Shown piece after piece: positions 52,113 through 63,279 of a DNA stretch of 64,000 nucleotides; within the stretch, counting starts at the first letter, position 1; each line of letters begins with the position of its first letter. Source of the stretch: Candidatus Eremiobacteraceae bacterium (GTDB taxonomy: Bacteria; Vulcanimicrobiota; Vulcanimicrobiia; Eremiobacterales; Eremiobacteraceae); the NCBI GenBank assembly GCA_035314825.1, contig DATFYX010000034.1, forward strand, positions 2,036 through 66,035. The letters run 5' to 3'. Both the position numbers and the translations under genes were made by a program. The notes under the pieces are model-generated. The model had not been told where the DNA came from. It made no database searches and saw nothing but the letters and a program-made list of their open reading frames with translations.

Positions 52113-54262
52113 TCCGCTTGATCACCGGGGTGCTCTGCGCCGCGACGGCGCTGAGCGGGCTGCTGATGGCGCGCGCGGACGCCGCCGGCGTGCCGGTGAC
52201 GCCGACGAACGCCAAGGTGTACGTCGCGGGCCATGAGGTCGCGTTCGATCATCTCGGCATCGCGTATAACGATCCGGTCGCTCCGGCCGGCGATCGTGGC
52301 GTGCGCACGATGCTCGATCTGGTGCAGGCGCAGATCACGTGGCAACCGGGCACGCGCTTCGCCGTCGTCACGCGGGCCGACGGCGTGCTTATCACGCTCA
52401 CCGTGGGCAGCGCGGCGCTCGCGATCGACGGCACGGCGACCGCCATGCCGTTCGCGCCGTTCTATCGCGACAGCGATCTGTATCTTCCGTTGTTGCCGCT
52501 GGCCAAGGCGCTGCAGCTGGGCGTGCGCGGTTTTCGCGGCGGCTATGTGTTCGTGCCGCAGGTGCTCGCCATCAAAGCCCATAGCGATGCGCAGCGCACC
52601 GTCGTCGAGATGACGACATCGGCGCCGGCCGCGTACCGGACCTCGTACGACGCGAAAGCCCAAGTCCTCAGCATCATCTTTCCGGGCTTCGGCACCGACG
52701 CGCAAGGCACGCAGCCGCTGTCGGGCCGCGACGGGCTCGACATCCGCGTCACCGAAAACGGTCCGCCCGGCTTTCCCACGACCACCGTCGCGATCGACGT
52801 CAAGCGCGGCGTGAAGTTCGCCGCGCACCGGGTGAACGGCGCGCCCGCCGTCGACGCCGTGCTCGCCAAGAACGAGGCGGCGCTGCATCTCGATGACGGC
52901 ACGCGCGCGGTGGGGCATGTCTCGGCGAGTCAAATTCCGACGCCTTTGCCGATCGCCGGCGCGACCGCATCCCCGACGCCGGCGCCGAGCGCGACGCCCC
53001 GCGTGAACTCCGTCGCGACGGCTAGGCCGGTCGCGATGGCGACGCCGACACCGCACGGTCGAATAAATTCGACCGCTCCACAAATCATGAATTCGACCGC
53101 TCCAGCGACGCCGGTTGCGGCGGCGACGCCGAAGCCGACCCCGACCGCCACGCCGACGCCCACGCCGATCCCAATCGCGTCGGGGTCGCCGACGCCGGGC
53201 GCGTCGCCGCAGGTCGAACCGACCGACAACGGCTCGCCCTCGCCGACGCCGACCGCGGTCGAGACGCGCATCACCGCCGTGAGCGCGATCGACATTCCCG
53301 GCGGCGGTACGCGCGTGACCTTGACCTTGACCGGCGGGCCCGTGAGCTTCGAGTGGCACCGTTTGGCCGATCCCGACAATCGCTACTGGCTGGACATCAA
53401 AGGCGTGACGCTTGTAGGCCCGTCGCAGACGCTGACGTCGGCGCTGCCGTTCGTGAAACAGATCCACGTCACGCAGTTCGCGCTCGATCCCGAGCCCATC
53501 GTGCGCATCGCGATCGAGCCGACGCAACCGGTCGACGTCAACGTCGGCCCGGTGGCGCAGTCGAGCGATCAGATGGGCGTCGAGATCGAACGCGATCCTC
53601 CGGCGGCGGATGCGCCCAAGGCCGGCGTCGGCGTGGTCGCGTGGATCGTCACGGGGACACCGCCGCCGACGCGCACGCCCACCGAACGCGACCTGGTGGT
53701 CATCGATCCGGGCCACGGCGGCAACGATCCAGGCGCCGCGAACAACAGCTATGGCCTGGTCGAAAGCCATCTCACGTTGCAGATCTCGCTGCGCTTGCGC
53801 GAGGATCTGCAGCGTCTCGGCTGGCGCGTCGTCATGACGCGCGACGCCGACTACGAGGTCGGCGATCCGAAAGGCGACGATGCGCAGGAGCTGCAGGCGC
53901 GTTGCGACGTGGCCAACGCGGCGGGCGCGCGCGTGTTCGTGAGCGTGCACATCAACTCGTCGGTCGCGCATAGCCTCAACGGCACGACGACGTATTACTG
54001 GCGTCCCGCCGACAAAGTGTTCGCGCAGACCATCCAGAACTCGGTTGTGGCCGCCGACGGCATCACCGATGACGGCATCAAACGCAACGATTTTTATGTC
54101 ATCAAACACACCGACATGCCCGCCGTCTTGATCGAGACCGCGTTTTTGAGCAACTCGCACGACTCCGAATTCCTCGCGCGGCCGTCGTTCCTCGACAAGG
54201 TCGCACAAGGCATCGCCAACGGCATCATGGAGTTCACCGGCGGACCGCAGGCGCCGCTGTGA
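52109..54262 (+). CDS. N-acetylmuramoyl-L-alanine amidase (Amidase_3, AmiC-like) with Cu-amine-oxidase-N-like stalk domain, PT-rich linker and AMIN domain
   Basis: Catalytic VVIDPGHGGNDPGA...FVSVHINS...ETAFLSN. AMIN-like RITAVSAIDIPGGGTRVTLTL...RYWLDIKGV. The linker contains 1.5 REP copies translated as GRINSTAPQIMNSTAP. GTG start overlaps the upstream TGA. Confidence 0.85.
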   Translation: MIRLITGVLCAATALSGLLMARADAAGVPVTPTNAKVYVAGHEVAFDHLGIAYNDPVAPAGDRGVRTMLDLVQAQITWQPGTRFAVVTRADGVLITLTVGSAALAIDGTATAMPFAPFYRDSDLYLPLLPLAKALQLGVRGFRGGYVFVPQVLAIKAHSDAQRTVVEMTTSAPAAYRTSYDAKAQVLSIIFPGFGTDAQGTQPLSGRDGLDIRVTENGPPGFPTTTVAIDVKRGVKFAAHRVNGAPAVDAVLAKNEAALHLDDGTRAVGHVSASQIPTPLPIAGATASPTPAPSATPRVNSVATARPVAMATPTPHGRINSTAPQIMNSTAPATPVAAATPKPTPTATPTPTPIPIASGSPTPGASPQVEPTDNGSPSPTPTAVETRITAVSAIDIPGGGTRVTLTLTGGPVSFEWHRLADPDNRYWLDIKGVTLVGPSQTLTSALPFVKQIHVTQFALDPEPIVRIAIEPTQPVDVNVGPVAQSSDQMGVEIERDPPAADAPKAGVGVVAWIVTGTPPPTRTPTERDLVVIDPGHGGNDPGAANNSYGLVESHLTLQISLRLREDLQRLGWRVVMTRDADYEVGDPKGDDAQELQARCDVANAAGARVFVSVHINSSVAHSLNGTTTYYWRPADKVFAQTIQNSVVAADGITDDGIKRNDFYVIKHTDMPAVLIETAFLSNSHDSEFLARPSFLDKVAQGIANGIMEFTGGPQAPL
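53056..53104 (-). repeat. REP-like element copy 6a plus half copy 6b, in-frame inside the amidase linker
   Basis: C-GGTCGAAT-AA-ATTCGACC-GCTCCA, then CAAATCATGA-ATTCGACC-GCTCCA. Confidence 0.85.
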
Positions 54263-55134
54263 GCGGCTCCGCGCGCCGCGCCGCGATCCTCGACTCAGGA
54301 CTGGGCGGCCTCACCGTGCTCGGCGCACTGCGCGCGCTCGCGCCTGACGTCGACGTCGTGTACTTCGCCGACACCGCCAACGTGCCGTATGGCGACCGCA
54401 CGCTCGACGATGTCGCCCGATTGGGTGCGCGCATCGTCGAGCACTTCGCCGCGCACGAACCGGCGGTCATCGTCGTCGCCTCGGGAACCACCTGCGCCGC
54501 GTTTGATATATGCGGCTGGCCGCGATCGCGCGCGCCGTTCGCCGGCGTCATCGACGCCGGTGCCCGCGATTCGGTGAGCGCCAGCGCGAGCGGCGCGATC
54601 GGCGTGATCGCGACACGCGGCACGATCGACAGCGGCTGCTTCGAACGCGCAATCGTGGAGCGCAAGCGCGACGCTCGCGTGACCAACGTCGCCGCACCGG
54701 CATTGGTGCCGATCGTCGAGGCCGGCGAATCAGGCAGCGAGCGGGCGCAAGCCGCGGTGAACGCGGCATGCCGGCCGTTCATCGAAGCGCGTTGCGACGC
54801 GGTGATCCTCGGTTGCACCCACTTCCCGCATTTGCGCAAATGGTTCGCCGCCGCGCTGGGCCCCGGCGTGCGTCTGATCGACCCGGCGGACGCGTGCGCG
54901 GCAGCCGCCGTCGCGCTCTTGCCCGCGAGCCCGCAAGGGTCGGGCCGATTCGTGTGCGAGGTCAGCGGGGACGCATCGTCCTTCGCGTCACACGCGCGCG
55001 CCCTCGGCGCCCCATGTCTCGATGCACTCGCGCACGTCGAACTGCGCGCCACGAAATCGGCACACGCAGCGGGCAACGGGCTCCTACAGCAGATGGAAAA
55101 GGCGGAAGAAGACCAGCGTGGAGGCGATCGCTAA
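54259..55134 (+). CDS. murI: Glutamate racemase
   Basis: AILDSGLGGLTVL...VYFADTANVPYG...VVASGTTCA...ILGCTHFP (both catalytic Cys motifs). GTG start overlaps the amidase TGA. Confidence 0.9.
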   Translation: MSGSARRAAILDSGLGGLTVLGALRALAPDVDVVYFADTANVPYGDRTLDDVARLGARIVEHFAAHEPAVIVVASGTTCAAFDICGWPRSRAPFAGVIDAGARDSVSASASGAIGVIATRGTIDSGCFERAIVERKRDARVTNVAAPALVPIVEAGESGSERAQAAVNAACRPFIEARCDAVILGCTHFPHLRKWFAAALGPGVRLIDPADACAAAAVALLPASPQGSGRFVCEVSGDASSFASHARALGAPCLDALAHVELRATKSAHAAGNGLLQQMEKAEEDQRGGDR

Positions 55135-55743
55135 CAGCACGCCGGCGAGGACCTGCGCGACCGTATGCGCGCGCAGGTAGACGCGCGCCCAACAGACCAG
55201 CGGCACGAGCGGCACGTACGGCAGCGGTTGCAGCCGGAAGAGCAAGAACATGATGGCGAAGGGTCCTGCGATGCCGAAGGCGTGCGTGCTGATCTTCCAA
55301 TAGCGCGTGATCACCATGGTCACCAGCGCCGTCGCCCAGTAGCCCCACGCGATGGCGATGATCTGCACCGGCACTTGAGCGACGGTGTATGCGAGCGCGG
55401 CGATCAGATCGATCGCGACGATGATAAGGAATATCTTCTCGCGCTCGAAGCGATCGGACATGTCGAAATCGGAGATGCGTCCGGTGACGTACAAGAACAG
55501 CAGGCAAGCCAGCGGCGCCACCGTGTAGATCGTGACGGACAGCGCCGACAAGACCCAGAACTCTTTGGTCGAAACAGAGAACGCGTGAGAGACGATGATG
55601 AACAACGCGGACGCGCACAAGAAGGGGTTGAAGATCGTCGACAGCGCCTTGGCGAACTCGACGGCAGCGCGATGACCGCGCATGCCGACGACGATGGTCT
55701 CAGTACCGCCGGCGACGCGCACCTTCTGCTGCATGAGTGTCAT
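55084..55743 (-). CDS. PAP2-superfamily-like membrane phosphatase
   Basis: Polytopic. KISTHAFG and RVYLRAHTVAQVLAG resemble PAP2 motifs C2 and C3. Start is uncertain (ATG 55743, 55734 or further downstream). The 3' end overlaps murI convergently. Confidence 0.55.
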   Translation of the reverse strand: MTLMQQKVRVAGGTETIVVGMRGHRAAVEFAKALSTIFNPFLCASALFIIVSHAFSVSTKEFWVLSALSVTIYTVAPLACLLFLYVTGRISDFDMSDRFEREKIFLIIVAIDLIAALAYTVAQVPVQIIAIAWGYWATALVTMVITRYWKISTHAFGIAGPFAIMFLLFRLQPLPYVPLVPLVCWARVYLRAHTVAQVLAGVLLAIASTLVFFRLFHLL

Positions 55744-56548
55744 TATACCTGCCGGTGCGAAGCGCTGTAAAGTGACCCCTCGCAAGCGTTCGTTCGACTC
55801 CTTCGAGCTGCCGGGCGGCGATCGAGCGGTGCTGCTACTGCACGGCTTTTCGGGCAGCACGGATGAGGTGCGCGAGCTGGGCGCGCGCCTGAACGCGTGG
55901 GGATATGACGTCACCGCCCCTGCCCTGCCAGGTCATCGCGGCGACGTGCGCGAGCTCGAGACCGTGACGGACGCGGACTATTTCACGACGGCGCTGGCAC
56001 AGTTCGATCGGCTCGCACGCGAGCGCGAACGCGTCTACGTCATCGGACTTTCGATGGGCGGCGCGCTCGGGTTGTACATCGCGCAGCACAGGGCGCCGGC
56101 CGCGGTGGTCACGATCAGCGCGCCGGTGAGAATGCCGTCGCACGTCTACGGCGGCGTGCACCTGGTCGCGCGCCACCGGGCGAGCGTGCATCTGCCCGTC
56201 AACCTCAACGCGTATTTCGGCGGCATCGGCTACCCGACCGTACCGGCCTCAGCGGTGCGGACGTTTCTATCGGTTGTGACGCAGGTTCGGGCCGGCCTCG
56301 CCGACGTCCATTGCCCGCTGCTCGTCCTCCATAGCGCGCGCGACATGACGGTGCCGTTCGCCAACGCGGCGCTGATCGACGCGTCGGTCGGCAGTCTCAA
56401 GCGCGAGATCGTCGTGTTCGACGAAGGTCAGCATCTGATGACCGTGGGCCGCGGACTCGATGTCATCGAGCCCTACGTCAGCGAGTTTCTCGTACGCGCG
56501 GACAGGGAGCATGCGCGGGACAGCCGAACCCAAGCGAAGCCTTCTTGA
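55733..56548 (+). CDS. Alpha/beta-fold hydrolase (carboxylesterase/monoacylglycerol-lipase-like)
   Basis: AVLLLHGFSGSTDEVRELG..., nucleophile elbow GLSMGG, and a C-terminal ...GQHLM... His. Start is ATG 55733 or the downstream GTG. Confidence 0.75.
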   Translation: MSVIIPAGAKRCKVTPRKRSFDSFELPGGDRAVLLLHGFSGSTDEVRELGARLNAWGYDVTAPALPGHRGDVRELETVTDADYFTTALAQFDRLARERERVYVIGLSMGGALGLYIAQHRAPAAVVTISAPVRMPSHVYGGVHLVARHRASVHLPVNLNAYFGGIGYPTVPASAVRTFLSVVTQVRAGLADVHCPLLVLHSARDMTVPFANAALIDASVGSLKREIVVFDEGQHLMTVGRGLDVIEPYVSEFLVRADREHARDSRTQAKPS

Positions 56549-56597
56549 GTTGGCGGGTTCAAGAATCCGCTGCTACACAACAGGAGTACCTGATCCT

Positions 56598-56962
56598 TTG
56601 CTAGCCATCGTGTATGCGCTGCTGGCGGCACCAGCCGCTTCGGCGCCGACGCCCATCCCGGTGGGCACGATTCCACCCGCCCCGACCAACGTGGTCTTCC
56701 ACCAGACCCTAGCGGGCCAATATCCTTGGGTGCTCGACGCCCTGCAGATCCTTTTCCTCATCGCGACGGTCGCCCTCATCGCGCTGATGTCGGCGCAGAC
56801 GACCAAGACCGAAGGTCTGTCGGGCAGCATCGGCGGCCGCGCCGAGGCCGCGTATCATGGGCGGCTGGGCCTCGATCAGCAGATCACGCGCATCACTTCG
56901 ATCACCGCCTACGCCTGGATCATCCTCGCGGTCGCGTTCTTCGTCGTCACCCGCACGCAATA

Positions 56963-56963
<1 letters not shown>
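56598..56963 (+). CDS. secG: Preprotein translocase subunit SecG with an apparent N-terminal extension
   Basis: Core [35 protein letters not shown]...[19 protein letters not shown] is SecG-like. TTG 56598 lies 11 nt after AGGAG, and high-GC3 codons run through the 44-codon extension. GTG 56730 would give a canonical-length SecG. Confidence 0.7.
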
Positions 56964-58001
<1,038 letters not shown>

Positions 58002-58009
<8 letters not shown>

Positions 58010-59138
58010 CGCCCAGCCCGTTGCCACGACCGACGGGGCCCTCGCCGCATCTCCCGAGCCGGACCCGAACGCGATTGTCGAGGTCCGCAACGTCAAGAAG
58101 TACTTCCCTATCACCGCCGGCGTGTTCTCGCGCCACGTGGCCGACGTCAAGGCGGTCGACGACGTGTCGTTCGCGATCAAGCCGGGTGAGACGCTGGGCC
58201 TGGTCGGCGAGTCGGGTTCGGGCAAGACGACGATCGGACGGTGCATCTTGCGGCTGCTCGAGCCGACCGGCGGCCACATCTTCTTCGAGCGCGAGGACAT
58301 CACCGGGCTGCCGCAATCGCCGCCGCTGTGGGACCGCAACGCGCCGAACATGCGCACGCTGCGCAGCAAGATGCAGATCATCTTCCAGGATCCGTACGCC
58401 AGCCTCAACCCGCGCATGACGGTCGGCGACATCATCGCCGAGCCGCTGCAGATCCACGGCATCGGCGGGCAGCCGCATCCGAGCAAGCAGCAGCAAGAGC
58501 AGCGGGTCAACGAACTGCTGCGCACGGTCAAGCTCGCGCCGTACCACGCCAACCGGTACCCGCATGAGTTCTCCGGCGGCCAGCGCCAGCGCATCGGCAT
58601 CGCGCGCGCGCTCGCGGTCAACCCCAAGTTCATCGTCGCCGACGAGCCGGTGTCGGCCCTTGACGTGTCGATCCAAGCGCAGGTCGTCAACTTGCTGCAG
58701 GATCTGCAGCAGCAATTGGGCCTGACGTATCTGTTCATCGCCCACGACCTGTCGGTCGTGCGCCACATCTCCGACCGCGTCGCGGTGATGTACGTCGGCA
58801 AGCTCGTCGAGCTGGCGGACCAAGACGAGCTCTATAAGCGGCCGCTGCATCCCTACACGCAATCCCTGCTGTCGGCGATCCCGATTCCGGACCCACGCGT
58901 CGAAGCGCGGCGCGAGCGGATCATCTTGACCGGCGACATACCTTCGCCGGTGAATCCTCCCAAGGCATGCCGCTTCAACACGCGCTGCCCGATCGCGTAC
59001 GAGCGCTGCTTCATCGAAGAGCCGCTGCTCAGGGACTATGGCGCGCATCGCGTCGCGTGCCACAAAGTGGAAGAACTCGGCGGCGAGCAGCCCGACATCA
59101 CCAAACGCACCGCCGGGGCGGCTGTCCCGACTGTCTAA
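58002..59138 (+). CDS. Oligopeptide/dipeptide ABC transporter ATP-binding protein (OppF/DppF-like)
   Basis: Walker [40 protein letters not shown], and C-terminal CRFNTRCP. Confidence 0.9.
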
Positions 59139-59142
59139 GAGC

Positions 59143-59526
59143 GTGGCAAAGGCTTTCGCTCTCATCTTCGGCGTCATCTACACGATCGTCGGCGTCGCCG
59201 GCTTCATCCCCGGTATCGGCGGAACGCTCGGCATGGCGCCGAGCACGCTGCTCGGCCTGGGCGCGGACATCAACCTGGTCCACAATACCGTGCATCTCGC
59301 GCTCGGTTTTTGGGGGCTGTGGGCGGCAAGTGACGAGTCGCGCGCCGTCGCCTACTGCCAGATCGCCGGCGTCGCGCTGATCCTGTTGGGACTGCTCGGA
59401 TTTTTCTTCCCGACGGGCTTCGGCATCGTGCCGTTGGGCGGCAATGATCCGTGGATCCACATACTGTCGGGCGTGTTGCTCGCGTACGCTGGCTTCATGC
59501 GCCCGGGTGCGCCGGCTCGAGCGTAA
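59143..59526 (+). CDS. DUF4383-like small membrane protein
   Basis: (M)AKAFALIFGVIYTIVGVAGFIPG...NLVHNTVHLALGFWGL...DPWIHILSGVLLAYAGF. 4 TM segments. GTG 59143 is the first start after the oppF-like stop. Confidence 0.6.
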   Translation: MAKAFALIFGVIYTIVGVAGFIPGIGGTLGMAPSTLLGLGADINLVHNTVHLALGFWGLWAASDESRAVAYCQIAGVALILLGLLGFFFPTGFGIVPLGGNDPWIHILSGVLLAYAGFMRPGAPARA

Positions 59527-59637
59527 ACGGCTCACAAACCGCGTCCCGTATTTGACGGCCTTGACGGGGTGGTGTATAGTAGGGAACGTTTGAGCGACTG
59601 TCCGGGCTGTCCCGGACCGCGCGACATCGGAGCACTA

Positions 59638-61812
59638 TTGTCAAAATCCCTCATCATCGTCGAATCGCCGGCCAAAGCTCGCACTCTTAAGAAGTTCCTC
59701 GGTTCTCGCTATCAGGTCTTGCCCTCGGTCGGCCACGTTCGGGATCTGCCTAAGAGCCGGCTCGGCGTCGACGTCGACCTTGACTTCAAGCCCACCTACG
59801 TCACCATCAAGGGCAAGGGCCCGGTCATCAAAGACCTGCGCTCCGCGGTCAAAAAAGCGTCCCATGTCTACTTAGCGACCGACCCCGACCGGGAGGGCGA
59901 AGCCATCGCCTGGCACCTGGCCGAGGTGCTCAAGCTGCCGGAACCCCGGCGCATCGAACTCCACGAGATCACCAAGAGCGCCGTCACCGAGGCGCTCAAG
60001 CATTCCGGGGCGATCAATATGGACCGCGTCGACGCGCAGCAGGCGCGCCGCATCCTCGATCGCCTGGTCGGTTATAAGATCTCGCCGATGTTGTGGCGCA
60101 AGATCCAAGGCGGGCTGTCGGCCGGCCGCGTGCAGTCGGTCGCGGTCAAGCTCATCGTCGATCGCGAGCGCGAGATCGACGCGTTCAAACCGCGCGAGTA
60201 TTGGACCGTTTCGGCGCGGCTATGGCCGCACGGCCACCACGACGCCGAACACACGCTGGTTGCTGATCTCGTCAGCGTCGACGGTAAGAAGCTCGACAAA
60301 TTCGACATACCCAATGAAGGAGACGCCACGCGCTTGGAAGCGCGCTTGGCGAAAGCGTCCTATAGCGTCAGCAGCGTCAAGACGCGCGAGGTGCGTCGTT
60401 CGCCGTCAGCGCCGTTCACCACGAGCACGCTGCAGCAGGAGGCATCGCGCCGCCTCAAGATGCGCGTACGCCGCACGATGCAGATCGCGCAAGGGCTCTA
60501 CGAAGGCGTCGACGTCGGCGAGGAAGGCACGACCGGCCTCATCACGTACATGCGCACGGACTCGACGCGGCTGTCGGGTCAGGCGATGGATCAGGCGCGC
60601 GAGTACATAAACCAGACGTTCGGCGCGGAGTATCACAACGGCAAACAGTTCAAGGTATCCGCGGATGCGCAGGACGCGCACGAGGCCATCCGGCCGACCG
60701 ATGCCAACCGCACGCCCGAGAAGCTCAAGCCGTTCCTGGATCCGTCGCAGCTGCGTATCTATCGTCTCATCTGGGAACGCTTCGTCGCGAGCCAGATGGC
60801 GCCCGCGGTCTACGATCAGACGACCGTCGAGATCGCCGCCGACGGCTGCGGCCTGCGCGCGACCGGCACCGTGCTCAAGTTCGCCGGCTATACGAAGATC
60901 TACGAAGAGTCGCCCGATGAGGACGCGACCGAAGAAGACGAGCGCAAGAAGCACTTGCCGCCGGTGGAAGAGGGCCAGGCGATGGACCTGCGTGCCATCA
61001 TGAAGGCGCAGCACTGGACCGAGCCGCCGCCCCGTTACACGGAAGCCTCGCTGGTCAAGACGCTGGAAGAGAAAGGCGTCGGCCGCCCGAGCACGTACGC
61101 GACGATCGTCGACACCATCCAGCGCCACTACGCCAAGCTCGAACAGCGCCGCTTCTCGCCGACGCCGGTCGGCATCATCGTCAACGACGTGCTGGTCGAG
61201 TTTTTCCCGGACATCTTCAACGAGACGTTCACCTCCGAGATGGAGCGGCGCCTGGACCGCGTCGAGGAGAAGAACGATAACTGGGTGTCGCTGCTGCACG
61301 ACTTCTACGCGCCGTTCTCCAAAGATCTGGCGCGCGCCGAAGAGTTCTTCCCGAAGATCGAGATCGTGGAAGAAGAGATCGACGAGACCTGCCCCGCGTG
61401 CGGCCGGCCGATGAAGATCAAGAACGGACGCTTCGGCAAGTTCATCGCGTGCACGGGCTATCCGGAGTGCAAGACGACCAAGCCGATCGTGAAGGACTCG
61501 GGCGTCATCTGCCCGCGCGACGGCGGGCGCATCTTGGAGCGCAAGAGCAAGAAGGGGCGCATCTTCTTCGGCTGCGAGAAGTACCCGGCGTGCGACTTCG
61601 TGGCCTGGGATCCGCCGATCCAAGGCTCGGCGTGCAAAGAGTGCGGTGCGTTCCTGGTGCGCAAGTGGGGCCGCAACGGCGGCCGCGTGGTGTGCAGCAA
61701 CGATGCGCATCACGATCACGGCTTTGAAGCGCCGCTCGAGGCGTCCACCTCCGGCAACGGCGTCTCGTCCGGTCACATCCTCGAACCCGAACAGGAAAAG
61801 CGCTCCGCCTAA
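59638..61812 (+). CDS. topA: DNA topoisomerase I
   Basis: TOPRIM LIIVESPAKARTLKKFLG...YLATDPDREGEAIAWH, active-site region GLITYMRTDS, and three C-terminal zinc-ribbon modules. TTG 59638 lies 5 nt after GGAG. The ORF-track start 59569 adds an unconserved leader. Confidence 0.9.
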   Translation: MSKSLIIVESPAKARTLKKFLGSRYQVLPSVGHVRDLPKSRLGVDVDLDFKPTYVTIKGKGPVIKDLRSAVKKASHVYLATDPDREGEAIAWHLAEVLKLPEPRRIELHEITKSAVTEALKHSGAINMDRVDAQQARRILDRLVGYKISPMLWRKIQGGLSAGRVQSVAVKLIVDREREIDAFKPREYWTVSARLWPHGHHDAEHTLVADLVSVDGKKLDKFDIPNEGDATRLEARLAKASYSVSSVKTREVRRSPSAPFTTSTLQQEASRRLKMRVRRTMQIAQGLYEGVDVGEEGTTGLITYMRTDSTRLSGQAMDQAREYINQTFGAEYHNGKQFKVSADAQDAHEAIRPTDANRTPEKLKPFLDPSQLRIYRLIWERFVASQMAPAVYDQTTVEIAADGCGLRATGTVLKFAGYTKIYEESPDEDATEEDERKKHLPPVEEGQAMDLRAIMKAQHWTEPPPRYTEASLVKTLEEKGVGRPSTYATIVDTIQRHYAKLEQRRFSPTPVGIIVNDVLVEFFPDIFNETFTSEMERRLDRVEEKNDNWVSLLHDFYAPFSKDLARAEEFFPKIEIVEEEIDETCPACGRPMKIKNGRFGKFIACTGYPECKTTKPIVKDSGVICPRDGGRILERKSKKGRIFFGCEKYPACDFVAWDPPIQGSACKECGAFLVRKWGRNGGRVVCSNDAHHDHGFEAPLEASTSGNGVSSGHILEPEQEKRSA

Positions 61813-61834
61813 CCCCGCACCGCCATATCGTCGG

Positions 61835-61860
61835 TGGAGCGGTCGAATTTATTCGACTGC
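61835..61860 (+). repeat. REP-like element copy 7 (TGGAGC-GGTCGAAT-TT-ATTCGACT-GC)
   Basis: One mismatch in the distal arm. Intergenic between topA and trmFO. Confidence 0.8.
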
Positions 61861-61896
61861 TCTTGACGTTGCGGGGCGCTGCAGCGTCATGACCGA

Positions 61897-63279
61897 ATGG
61901 TGCCCATGATGTCGCAGGGTGTGACCGTCATCGGCGGAGGACTTGCAGGTTCGGAAGCGGCGTGGCAGCTCGCGCATGCGGGCGTCCCCGTGACGCTGTA
62001 CGAGATGCGCCCGCACGTGCAGACCGGCGCGCACGTCAGCGGGCGGCTCGCCGAGCTGGTGTGCAGCAACTCGCTACGTGGGGCTTCGCTGGAAAACGCG
62101 GTCGGGCTGCTCAAAGAAGAGATGGGGCGCCTCGGTTCGCTCATCATCGAGTCGGCGCGTGCGACCTCCGTGCCCGCGGGCGGCGCGCTCGCGGTCGACC
62201 GCGAGCGGTTTGCCGACCACGTCGAACGTAGGATCGCCGAACATCCGCTCATCGACGTGCGGCGCGAAGAGGTGCGCGTTATTCCTGACGGCGGGTTGAC
62301 GATCGTCGCGTGCGGGCCGCTCGCATCGCCGGCGCTCGCTGCGGAGTTGACGCGGCTATGCGGGCCGCAATTGCACTATTTCGATGCGGCGTCGCCGATC
62401 GTGGCCGCCGATTCGCTGGACCGCTCGCAGATGTACGAGGCCTCGCGCTACGGCAAGGGCGACGGCGCTGATTATCTCAACATCGGGCTCGACCAGATGC
62501 AATATCGCCAACTGGTGCGCGACCTGGTGGACGGCGACAAACACGAGCCGCACGGCTTCGAGGCGGACGCGAGCGGCAAGATCCCGTACTTCGAGGCGTG
62601 CCTGCCGGTCGAAGAGATGGCCAGGCGCGGTGAGGACACGCTGCGTTTTGGTCCGCTCAAGCCGGTCGGCTTGGTGGATCCGCGCACCGGCAAGCGCCCA
62701 TATGCGGTCGTCCAGCTGCGCCGTGAGAATGCGGCGGGGACGGCCTACAATCTCGTCGGATTCCAAACCCGCTTGACCTGGCCGGCGCAGAAGAGCGCCC
62801 TCGGCAAACTGCCGGGTCTGCATGAAGCCGAGTGGCTGCGACTTGGGGTGATGCATCGCAACACGTTCGTCGACGCGCCGCGCGTGCTGGCCGAGGACTT
62901 GCGTTTGCGCGCCGCACCGCACGTCTTCTTGGCGGGGCAGGTGACCGGCTGCGAGGGCTACGTCGAGGCCGCCGCCACGGGCATCGTCGCCGCGATCAAC
63001 GCCGCGCGCCGGGCGAAAGGGGACGAGCGGCCGTTCGTGCCTCCGGCGCGGACCGCGATCGGCGCGCTGTTGGCGTACTTGCGCGATGGCACGAGCCATG
63101 ACTTCCAACCGCAAAACGTCACCTTCGCCTATTTCGAGCAGCTCGAGGGGCCGCGTCTGGACAAGCAGGCACGACGGCGCGCTTTCGCCGAACGCGCGCT
63201 GGCCGAGATCGATACGATCGCCCGGGATCTGTCGACGGGCATACCATCCGGGCACAGCTCGGGCATCGAGGTAGCATGA
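61897..63279 (+). CDS. trmFO: Methylenetetrahydrofolate--tRNA-(uracil-5-)-methyltransferase TrmFO (Gid)
   Basis: [18 protein letters not shown]...[11 protein letters not shown]...[19 protein letters not shown]. About 455 aa. Confidence 0.9.
   Translation: MVPMMSQGVTVIGGGLAGSEAAWQLAHAGVPVTLYEMRPHVQTGAHVSGRLAELVCSNSLRGASLENAVGLLKEEMGRLGSLIIESARATSVPAGGALAVDRERFADHVERRIAEHPLIDVRREEVRVIPDGGLTIVACGPLASPALAAELTRLCGPQLHYFDAASPIVAADSLDRSQMYEASRYGKGDGADYLNIGLDQMQYRQLVRDLVDGDKHEPHGFEADASGKIPYFEACLPVEEMARRGEDTLRFGPLKPVGLVDPRTGKRPYAVVQLRRENAAGTAYNLVGFQTRLTWPAQKSALGKLPGLHEAEWLRLGVMHRNTFVDAPRVLAEDLRLRAAPHVFLAGQVTGCEGYVEAAATGIVAAINAARRAKGDERPFVPPARTAIGALLAYLRDGTSHDFQPQNVTFAYFEQLEGPRLDKQARRRAFAERALAEIDTIARDLSTGIPSGHSSGIEVA

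Noticed and set aside
52064-54208. 714-aa minus-strand ORF antisense to the amidase gene
   Set aside because: It is Arg/Gly/Asp-rich and low complexity with no recognisable motif. It is a typical mirror-frame ORF of a high-GC gene. The plus-strand frame carries clear Amidase_3 and AMIN motifs.
55732-55735. CATG serving as the start codon on both strands for the divergent PAP2-like and esterase genes
   Set aside because: Both genes have alternative nearby starts (55743 for the PAP2-like gene and the downstream GTG for the esterase). The coincidence needs only four bases and cannot be supported without start-site data.
62191-62202. GCGGTCGACCGC in trmFO, GAATTGGTCGACCGC at 12198-12212 and GGTCGAATACGGAACGACC at 57662-57680 as collapsed or degenerate REP copies
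   Set aside because: Each matches only part of one arm or a short GC-rich palindrome that is easily expected by chance in this composition. There is no head sequence and no second arm.
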